Assembly: GCA_016124735.1 (NCBI GenBank)
Contig: WGMZ01000019.1
Span: forward strand, 3,217 to 67,216
DNA length: 64,000 nt
Direction: 5' to 3'
Source of the DNA: Bacteroidota bacterium
Lineage (GTDB): Bacteria; Bacteroidota; Bacteroidia; UBA8524
The first letter of the stretch is position 1. Every line of letters begins with the position of its first letter. Of this stretch, positions 30,999 to 38,416 are shown piece by piece. Both the position numbers and the translations under genes were made by a program. The notes under the pieces were generated by a model, which had not been told where the DNA came from, searched no databases, and saw only the letters and a program-made list of their open reading frames with translations.

Positions 30999-32007
30999 TT
31001 TCTTTAAAGCTGTTTTTTCTGCGGATAAAATGTTGCCAGACAATCGAACCTTTTAGCATTCCTACTCTGTTCGAATGATGCATGGTACGGCTTTCTTTGC
31101 GTTTGGAAATCCAATAAGACAAACGAGAATAAAAAAGAAAATGTGCTTGAACAATGGCCCAGGTATTTTTCCATTGCCCTTTACTTAAAAAGAGTATTCC
31201 AGCGAGCCCGTCGAGAACCAATTTTACCGGCATCTTCCAAAGCAGCTCGCCCGCATCCATGTTCTTGGTCATGGTGATGAGTGTGTTGCGGAAATTGAGT
31301 CGTGTTTTTTTCGGGTTCTCACGAGTGAGGGTTCCGCCGCCAACATGATAGACCTTGCCATCCGGCACACAGGTTACCCGATAACCCCGGTTTTTCATGC
31401 GCCAGCAAAGATCAATCTCCTCCATATGCGCGAAATAATCGGCATCCAGTCCTTTTAACTCTTCCCAGATTTTTCTGCGCACCACCATGGCTGCCCCGCT
31501 GGCCCAGAAGACGTCGCGAATGGAATTGTACTGGCTATTGTCTTTTTCTACAACATCGAATATTCTGCCCCGACAGAAGGGATATGCAAAGCGGTCTATA
31601 AAACCACCCGCCGCACCGGCATACTCAAAAAGATGTCCATCCCGGTAGCTGAGAATCTTCGGCATGGAAGCCGCCACATCCAGCTCTAATTCCATGTGTT
31701 GTATCACTGGATTCAGCCAATTGGGCACAACCTCCACATCGGAATTGAGCAATACGTAATAGTCCCCGTCGATATTTTTCAGTCCTTCATTATAGCCCCC
31801 GGCAAACCCATAGTTTCTGTTCAAAGCCACCTGCCGGATTTCCGGATGATATTTTTTCAGAAAGTCAAGCGAGTCATCTGTGCTGGCATTGTCAATCACC
31901 AAAATTTCAAAGTTGGGATAATCCGTATGTTTCAGGGCCGGAATGAATTTCTCCAGGAACGCCCGGGTATTGTAATTCAGGATGGCAACGACAACTTTCG
32001 GGCTCAT
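30973..32007 (-). CDS. Glycosyltransferase family 2
   Basis: ILNYN, IDNASTDDS, N.GFAGGYN, LLNSD, WASGA and HMEEIDLCWR. Confidence 0.92.
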   Translation of the reverse strand: MSPKVVVAILNYNTRAFLEKFIPALKHTDYPNFEILVIDNASTDDSLDFLKKYHPEIRQVALNRNYGFAGGYNEGLKNIDGDYYVLLNSDVEVVPNWLNPVIQHMELELDVAASMPKILSYRDGHLFEYAGAAGGFIDRFAYPFCRGRIFDVVEKDNSQYNSIRDVFWASGAAMVVRRKIWEELKGLDADYFAHMEEIDLCWRMKNRGYRVTCVPDGKVYHVGGGTLTRENPKKTRLNFRNTLITMTKNMDAGELLWKMPVKLVLDGLAGILFLSKGQWKNTWAIVQAHFLFYSRLSYWISKRKESRTMHHSNRVGMLKGSIVWQHFIRRKNSFKEIENAIIHL

Positions 32008-32378
32008 GAGTGGTGAGGTTCATTTTTATAAGGAATGAAGACAAAATGCGCTTGCGCTCCATATACCACAAATAGGCATATTTGTTCTTTTGGGTTTTTG
32101 TAGTTGGCCTTGAAGAAATCAATCTTCTCGGCTGGGATGAGATTTTTTTCCTGGAACTCTTCCAGGGTGGAGGCGCTGATACTCCAAAGGGTGGCCATGT
32201 CCGACTTGTCGAGAATAACTTCTCCTACCTTCACTTCATCTTGATGTGCAATAAAGATGGGGAATTTGGAATAACCTTCCTGCATAATTTCAAGAGCAGT
32301 TTCCCGAATAGAGGCCTTCATCAATATCAATTCACCGCGCAGGTGATCGAGCTGCGCTTCCCATTGTTTATCCAGCAT
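32004..32378 (-). CDS. Hypothetical protein (124 aa)
   Basis: Overlaps rlmD and the GT2 gene in an operon-like arrangement; composition looks like a real protein. Confidence 0.75.
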   Translation of the reverse strand: MLDKQWEAQLDHLRGELILMKASIRETALEIMQEGYSKFPIFIAHQDEVKVGEVILDKSDMATLWSISASTLEEFQEKNLIPAEKIDFFKANYKNPKEQICLFVVYGAQAHFVFIPYKNEPHHS

Positions 32379-33765
32379 GTTTCAAAGTTAGTAAAACAAC
32401 ATTTTCTACATGATGGGTATGCGGGAACATATCTACCGGCTGAACTTTTTCAATGGCGTAGAGTTCTTCCATCATAGCCAGATCGCGGGCTTGGGTAGAG
32501 GGATTGCAGCTCACATACACAATCTTTGGAGCTTTCAATCTTAATAGCATTTTAACCACATCAGGGTGCATGCCTGCTCTGGGCGGATCTGTTACGATCA
32601 CATCCGGCCTGCCTTCATATTCTACGAAATCATCATTGAGGATGTCTTTCATATCCCCGGCATAGAATTGCACATTGTCAATTTGATTATATTCTGCATT
32701 GATTCGGGCATCTTCAATTGCCATTTCTACATATTCGACACCCACAACTCTTTTAGCCTGATTGGCTAAGTACAATGCAATGCTGCCGGTTCCCGTATAA
32801 AGATCGTACACCAATTCATTTCCGCTAAGTCCGGCAAAATCTTTAGCCGTTTGATAAAGTATTTCGGCCTGCCTGCTATTTGTTTGGAAGAAACTCTTTG
32901 GTCCAACTTTGAATGTCAAATCGCCAATTTTCTCCAAAATATGATCCTTTCCATGAAAGCATTTGATTTCCTGGTCATACAGGGTATCATTTTTCTTGGT
33001 ATTCACTGCGTACATCAATGATGTAATCTGTGGAAAGGCATTTTTCAATTGTTCAAGGTAGGATTCAATGCCATCATTGGGTTCGCCAAATGCCACAATT
33101 ACCATCCATTCGCCAAGTGTTGAGTTGCGGATGATAAAAGAACGCATAACGCCTCCATGGTTGCGCAGATCATAGAAGCTAAGTCCCATGTCGATTGCCA
33201 GTTGTTTGCCAAACCGCCTTATTTGATTCATCGGATCGTCCATCAAATGACAGGTATGGATATCCAGAATTTTATCGAATTTCCCTGGGACGTGAAAACC
33301 AAGTCCTTCGAGTGGGCCTTTATTTTCCACTTCCATTTCCTCTTCCAGCAAATAGCGTTGTTTAGTGAACCCGAAGTCCATCTTATTCCGGTAGTGAAAG
33401 GAATCTGCTGATCCTTTGATGGGCATCATCTCTGGAAAATCCAGATGTCCGATCCGCTCAAAGTTCTCTTTTACCTGAGCTGCCTTAAATGCCAATTGGT
33501 TTTGGTAGCCGATATGCTGCCATTTACAGCCACCGCAAACGCCGAAATGTTCACAAACAGGCTCAATACGTTCTGGGCCTGCTTCATGCAATTGAATAAT
33601 CTTCCCGAAAAGATTGCCCTTTTTCTTTTTGATCACGTGAACATCAGCCAGGTCGCCTGGAGCAGCATGAGAAACAAAAAGGGTCTTTCCATCTGCATGC
33701 GCAATGCATTGACCTTCGGCTACAGCCTTTTCAATTCGAACATTTTCGAAAATAAACTTCTTCAT
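32368..33765 (-). CDS. rlmD: 23S rRNA (uracil-C5)-methyltransferase RlmD/TrmA family
   Basis: TRAM domain; CEHFGVCGGC Fe-S motif; SFFQTN, DLYTGTG, DPPRAG, YVSCNP and DMFPHTHHVE. Start placed at ATG 33765. Confidence 0.93.
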   Translation of the reverse strand: MKKFIFENVRIEKAVAEGQCIAHADGKTLFVSHAAPGDLADVHVIKKKKGNLFGKIIQLHEAGPERIEPVCEHFGVCGGCKWQHIGYQNQLAFKAAQVKENFERIGHLDFPEMMPIKGSADSFHYRNKMDFGFTKQRYLLEEEMEVENKGPLEGLGFHVPGKFDKILDIHTCHLMDDPMNQIRRFGKQLAIDMGLSFYDLRNHGGVMRSFIIRNSTLGEWMVIVAFGEPNDGIESYLEQLKNAFPQITSLMYAVNTKKNDTLYDQEIKCFHGKDHILEKIGDLTFKVGPKSFFQTNSRQAEILYQTAKDFAGLSGNELVYDLYTGTGSIALYLANQAKRVVGVEYVEMAIEDARINAEYNQIDNVQFYAGDMKDILNDDFVEYEGRPDVIVTDPPRAGMHPDVVKMLLRLKAPKIVYVSCNPSTQARDLAMMEELYAIEKVQPVDMFPHTHHVENVVLLTLKHAG

Positions 33766-34031
33766 TCGCCGCAAAGGTCAGCATGGAACGCTTTCTGTCC
33801 AAATTGAAGTTTAGAGGATTTAGAGATTATAGAATATTTCGAGGAAGCACGGTTCTTTGAAACTTTTCGTACAATGGATACCGGCGAATGCACTCCTTCG
33901 CTTCTTTCACCTGATTATTTTATCGTAGTAGAGTCCGTTTTGTTAACACATTGCTCGGTAAATCATGTTTTGAATGTTGATTTTACGCTGAATCAACAAA
34001 GCGCTTCGCTCGGCGTCATAAAAATTTTGTT

Positions 34032-34451
34032 CAAAATCAACCGCTCCTTCGTCGTGCGTCAGCCAACATTTGCAGCGTCTTTGCGTTAAAAAATTTGAGC
34101 GAGCAAACTCAACCGCGCCTCCGTCGTGCGTCAGCCAACAAGTACAGCTTCTTTGCGTTAAAAAATTTGAGCGAGCAAACTCAACCGCGCCTCCGTTGTG
34201 CGTCAGCCAACAATTACAGCGTCTTTGCGTTAAAAAATTTGAGCGAGCAACTCAACCGCGCCTCTGTCGTGCGTCAGCCAACATTTGCAGCGTCTTTGCG
34301 TTAAAAAATTTGAGCGAGCAAACTCAACCGCGCCTCCGTCGTGCGTCAGCCAACAATTACAGCGTCTTTGCGTTAAAAAATTTGAGCGAGCAAAATCAAC
34401 CGCGCCTCCGTTGTGCGTCAGCCAACAAGTACAGCGTCTTTGCGTTAAAAA
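34032..34451. repeat. Tandem array B: 6 x 71-72 bp, related to array A
   Basis: Unit CAAACTCAACCGCGCCTCCGTCGTGCGTCAGCCAACA(4 variable nt)CAGCGTCTTTGCGTTAAAAAATTTGAGCGAG starts at 34032, 34104, 34176, 34248, 34319 and 34391; the last copy is truncated. Confidence 0.97.
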
Positions 34452-34771
34452 TGCCGCGTGGCATTGGGGTATTTTGCGCCCAGTCGGCGGTATCGAAGTT
34501 CACTCAATATCCATCGGAGGAGAGAAAGAAGTAATCCGAAAACCAGTGAGGAGAGAATATATTGTCCCAGATTATTGCCAATGATAACTTGCAATGCGGG
34601 TATAGGATTATCGAAAACATAAATAAGGGTCATGAAAACGGCAAAGGTCAAAATGAAATAGAGCAATCCATAAATCATCCAAAACCTTAAAAACCCCCTT
34701 TTACGCACCTGGCTCCATTCAGCGAGCCAATGTTTATTTTTGATATCATTTTTTGAATCCATCTGATTCAA
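34445..34771 (-). CDS. Small hypothetical membrane protein (2 TM)
   Basis: Two hydrophobic segments after W..VRKRG; 4-nt overlap with the upstream transporter; stop codon lies inside array B. Confidence 0.65.
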   Translation of the reverse strand: MNQMDSKNDIKNKHWLAEWSQVRKRGFLRFWMIYGLLYFILTFAVFMTLIYVFDNPIPALQVIIGNNLGQYILSSLVFGLLLSLLRWILSELRYRRLGAKYPNATRHF

Positions 34772-36675
34772 ATCGTGTGCTTACCAAATATACGTATTAG
34801 CATGTAAATCGCAAGGAAACCAAGTGGATACAAGACGAGTGGATGGATTCCGAAAGAACTGGGTATAGTGCCAATAACCACAGATATTGCCCCGACAAGC
34901 AATGCATAAGGCATTTGAGTGCGTACATGGCTCAGGTGATTGCAGGAAGTGGCCAGGGAGCTGAGAATGGTCGTGTCGCTGATCGGACTGCAATGGTCGC
35001 CCAGCACGGAGCCGGCCAGAACACAGCTCACCACATTGTAGAACAGGTTTAAAGTATCCACTTCAGGGAACTGTTGAGAAGCACATAAAAACCAGCTGGC
35101 AGGAAGAATCATGGGGTAAAGGATTGCCATGGTGCTCCATGAAGAGCCGGTGGAAAATGAAACCAAAGCTGCAAGCAGGAAAGTAAGTGCAGGCAAAAGG
35201 AAGGGACTTGCATTCAGATCCTGTAAAAATCCGGTAATGTAACGGGCAGTGTCTAAATTCTCCGTCAATGTGGAAAGCGTCCATGCCAGACATAGAATAA
35301 CCACGGCATTCAGCATAAAGCCAAAACCCTTGAACATGACAGACAGACTTTGTTGCAGATTTAAAATTCGCTGACCCACACTCAGAGTAATTCCAGTTCC
35401 AAGTGCGCTGAGTGAGGACCATAACAGGGCTTTATACGAATCAGCATTCCCAATGATTCCCGATACACGCGACCAAAACCCTCTCTCCGGGTCGGTCCAG
35501 ATCAAAGGGTCGAAGCCGGTTACCCAAAGCCCCGCCAGTGTTCCAAAAATGAGCACCAATACAGGAATGATTGCGTTGAAGGCTCTTTTTGGTGCATTGG
35601 GATCGGGTTCAAGAGCTTTTATTTCTTCGCTTTCAGCCAGATCTGTTTCGGCTTCTTCATCTCGTAACACCCGGTTTTCTGCGTGATACATTGGGCCAAA
35701 GTCCTTTTTAGAAAGAATCAGAATCAGGATGAATGCTAAAGTGAAAACAGGATAAAATGAGAACTTCAATGAAGAAATGAAAACACTGTAGGGACTGCCT
35801 TCCAGACCATAAATGGAGGATATTCCATCCTGAATATATCCCAACTGCGCGCCAATCCAGGTAGTTACAAAAGCCACAGATGCCACCGGAGCTGCTGTTG
35901 CATCTACTATATAGGCCAGTTTTTCGCGGGAAATTCGAAGTTTGTCTGTTACCGGACGCATGGTATTTCCAACAACCAGGGTATTGGCATAATCGTCGAA
36001 AAAAATGAGTATGCCCAGGGACCAGGTGGCCAACTGGGCCGAAATACGGGTGCTTGCATAGCGTGAGATACGTTGCACCATACCCGCCATACCTCCATTT
36101 TTAGAGATGACAGCTACCATTCCACCAATCAAAGTGGAAAAGAGTATGATGCTCATATGTCCTTCATGGGCGATGGACGGAAGAATGTAATCGGTAATAC
36201 TCAGGAAAAAACCGGAGAGGAGAGGGGTGCCGCTGGCACTGTAGTGTAAATGCAGAAGAACACCTGCGAAAATTCCGAGGAATAATGAGCTAATAACTTC
36301 CTTGAAAAGAATTGCAAACAGAATCGCAATCAATGGAGGGATGATACTCAGCCAGCCTGGCATTAAGGTGAGGTCCAGATGTCCGCCATATGGCGATCCA
36401 TCTTTATATAATGTATAATCAATTGAAGAGGAGCCTTCTTTTAGATGAGGTCCCTGGAGGGATGCCCCAAGGAGGGGTTGTACATATTTAAAATGCGTCG
36501 TGCCTCCATAAAATTGAATGCTGTCTGGCTGAACACTTCCCGTTACGGAAAATTTTAGGGCATGCCCGGCCATGATAACACCCGACTGCTTCACAGAAAA
36601 ATCTGCTTTGGCATAATTTGGGCTGATGGCCGACAAGAGGACCGTGACGAGGAATAATAAGCGCAGATTCCGCAT
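34768..36675 (-). CDS. Na+/H+ antiporter NhaC-family transporter
   Basis: WLSIIPPL, IFFDDYAN, SREKLAY, STGSSWST and GDHCSPISDTTILSS. Start placed at ATG 36675. Confidence 0.88.
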   Translation of the reverse strand: MRNLRLLFLVTVLLSAISPNYAKADFSVKQSGVIMAGHALKFSVTGSVQPDSIQFYGGTTHFKYVQPLLGASLQGPHLKEGSSSIDYTLYKDGSPYGGHLDLTLMPGWLSIIPPLIAILFAILFKEVISSLFLGIFAGVLLHLHYSASGTPLLSGFFLSITDYILPSIAHEGHMSIILFSTLIGGMVAVISKNGGMAGMVQRISRYASTRISAQLATWSLGILIFFDDYANTLVVGNTMRPVTDKLRISREKLAYIVDATAAPVASVAFVTTWIGAQLGYIQDGISSIYGLEGSPYSVFISSLKFSFYPVFTLAFILILILSKKDFGPMYHAENRVLRDEEAETDLAESEEIKALEPDPNAPKRAFNAIIPVLVLIFGTLAGLWVTGFDPLIWTDPERGFWSRVSGIIGNADSYKALLWSSLSALGTGITLSVGQRILNLQQSLSVMFKGFGFMLNAVVILCLAWTLSTLTENLDTARYITGFLQDLNASPFLLPALTFLLAALVSFSTGSSWSTMAILYPMILPASWFLCASQQFPEVDTLNLFYNVVSCVLAGSVLGDHCSPISDTTILSSLATSCNHLSHVRTQMPYALLVGAISVVIGTIPSSFGIHPLVLYPLGFLAIYMLIRIFGKHTI

Positions 36676-36776
36676 TCCGACGAAGATGACCAATTTGGAG
36701 GAATTCGACAACCCGTCTTGTGGAATAAAATGTAGGCAAAGCTGGAAATTGCTCATGGTAATTACGCACTTTTGTT

Positions 36777-37415
36777 GTGATGCCGGAAAAACGTCATTCA
36801 GGAACAAAGGATGAGCTCAGCTTATTGAAAGGCGACAACAAAGAGTTTGCTCAGCTTTATTCCCGGTATTATCCGCTTTTGATTGGGGTAACACGAAGCT
36901 ACCTCCCCAAGGAGCAGGCTGGAGATGATTTGGTTCAGGATGTATTTGAGAAACTTTGGCTGAAAAGAACGGAATTGGAGATTGATAATCTCCGGGCCTA
37001 TCTTTTTGGTATGATGCGCAACAGGTGCCTGGATGAACTAAAAAGACGAAAGGCATCTTCCCAACTGGATCAGGTGGAAGAAATGGCTGATGAGCAGGAA
37101 GGGATGGCTAAGATGGAAGCCAAAGATCAGGGAACGCATATTCAAGAATTGATTCAAAGGCTAAGTCCGCAGTGCAGAACCGTATTTCTTCTGGTTCGCT
37201 TCGAAGGCATGAAATACAAAGAAGTAGCCGAGTTGCTGAATATTTCGGTAAAAACAGTCGAAAACCATATGGGCCGCGCATTGAAGGTGCTTCGTTTGGG
37301 CTTGGACGACCGCAATGCAAGCTGGAGCGCGACCGCGGTATTCCTGTTATTTGCTGCCGATTTTCAACCAATTACAAATATTTTTAATGACGCATTGGGG
37401 GTAAAAGGCGGATGA
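36777..37415 (+). CDS. ECF RNA polymerase sigma-70 factor
   Basis: Region 2 (DDLVQDVFEKLW, YLF..MRNRCLD) and region 4 (LSPQCRTVF..EGMKYKEVAELLNISVKTVENH). Confidence 0.92.
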   Translation: MMPEKRHSGTKDELSLLKGDNKEFAQLYSRYYPLLIGVTRSYLPKEQAGDDLVQDVFEKLWLKRTELEIDNLRAYLFGMMRNRCLDELKRRKASSQLDQVEEMADEQEGMAKMEAKDQGTHIQELIQRLSPQCRTVFLLVRFEGMKYKEVAELLNISVKTVENHMGRALKVLRLGLDDRNASWSATAVFLLFAADFQPITNIFNDALGVKGG

Positions 37416-37423
37416 ATCGTCTT
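37397..37423 (+). promoter_or_regulatory. Putative ECF sigma-dependent promoter for fecR and the TonB-dependent receptor
   Basis: GGGGGTA...CGTCTT bipartite motif at the sigma gene end, 11 nt before the fecR ATG; resembles the motif I recall at Bacteroidota sigma/anti-sigma junctions. Confidence 0.5.
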
Positions 37424-37434
37424 CATGGTGTAGC

Positions 37435-38403
37435 ATGACAGATCTACGCCCCGATATCGATGTATTGATGGCCAAAAGGCTGGCTGGAGAAGAGAGTTCT
37501 TCCGACAAGGAAACGCTTGATTCCCTATTGGAAACGCATTCGGATGAATGGTTAAAAGCAGAAAAAAGCTGGCTCGCCGCCAAGAAAGATTGGTTCACCG
37601 AGGAAGAATCTAAAAATCCGGTGATGCCTGTTTATTTGCGGTCCAATACCAAAAAAATACCGTACGGGTGGATTGCTGCTGCTGCCTCCCTAATTCTTAT
37701 TGCCATGATATCTTTCTTCTTAATCCGGGAAAACGAAGTGGAAAAATTCGCCATTCTGACCCAAACAGCTACCGAAGCCGGTGAACAAAAAGAACTGAAG
37801 CTTTCGGATGGTACCCTGGTTAAAATGAATGCGGCGACGACTCTTCGCTATCCGCAAGAATTTGCCCCCGACAAAAGAGAAATCTTTTTGGAAGGAGAAG
37901 CCTATTTCGAAGTGATTCCGGATGCCAATCGCCCTCTTATTATCCACGGTACTGAAGCCAATGTAAAAGTTTTGGGGACTGCATTCAACGTCAATGCCTA
38001 TCCAGGTAAGCCGATGGAAGTGGCTGTACGCAGCGGAAAAGTAAACATGGTAAGCCATTCTGGCACAGGAAAAGATGTGATGATGGTTCCGATGATGAAA
38101 AAAGGAATCAGTAACAAAGCCACTGGCACCTGGGAAATGGTGAATTCAGACGATCAGGATTTTGATTGGCTGGAAGGCAAATTGGTGTTTAAAGATGCAC
38201 CGCTCAAAGATGTTATTACAGAAGTATCGCGCGCATACGGCGTGAAAATTAGCCTGGAGAACCAGGAAATGGCTACTTGCCATATCTCATCAACATTTTA
38301 TCGAAACTCTATCGAAGAAGTGCTGGAGACCTTATCTTTGATCACAGGATTACACTACGAGCGCATTGGCGACCGTTACGTAATCCGTGGCAAAGGCTGC
38401 TAA
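37435..38403 (+). CDS. FecR-family anti-sigma factor
   Basis: TM segment WIAAAASLIL; LSDGTLVKMN, LEGEAYFEV, VLGTAFNV and W.EGKLVF...PL motifs. Confidence 0.93.
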   Translation: MTDLRPDIDVLMAKRLAGEESSSDKETLDSLLETHSDEWLKAEKSWLAAKKDWFTEEESKNPVMPVYLRSNTKKIPYGWIAAAASLILIAMISFFLIRENEVEKFAILTQTATEAGEQKELKLSDGTLVKMNAATTLRYPQEFAPDKREIFLEGEAYFEVIPDANRPLIIHGTEANVKVLGTAFNVNAYPGKPMEVAVRSGKVNMVSHSGTGKDVMMVPMMKKGISNKATGTWEMVNSDDQDFDWLEGKLVFKDAPLKDVITEVSRAYGVKISLENQEMATCHISSTFYRNSIEEVLETLSLITGLHYERIGDRYVIRGKGC

Positions 38404-38416
38404 TGCAGAAGGTTTC

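Noticed and set aside
33808..33840. Weak TTAGAG-like short repeats upstream of rlmD
   Set aside because: Only three degenerate copies in AT-rich DNA; cannot be distinguished from chance.
25571..34031. Segment between the two arrays as a composite mobile element
   Set aside because: The cargo is mostly housekeeping genes (purF, aroQ, punA, rlmD), there is no recombinase or transposase, and only ~37 bp is closely shared between the flanks.
34032..34451. Canonical CRISPR array, or TIGR-like guide array, interpretation of arrays A and B
   Set aside because: The inter-core segments are near-identical within each array rather than unique spacers. The core lacks a clear palindrome or typical CRISPR end, and no cas or Nop-domain gene is in the window.
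33874..34584. ORFs 33874-34089, 34070-34534, 34095-34304 and 34285-34584 with repeated peptides (CVKKFERANSTAPP...)
   Set aside because: These are by-products of a 72-bp period. A 1-nt deletion in copy 4 shifts the frame, and the related array A has a 71-bp period, so coding is not conserved.
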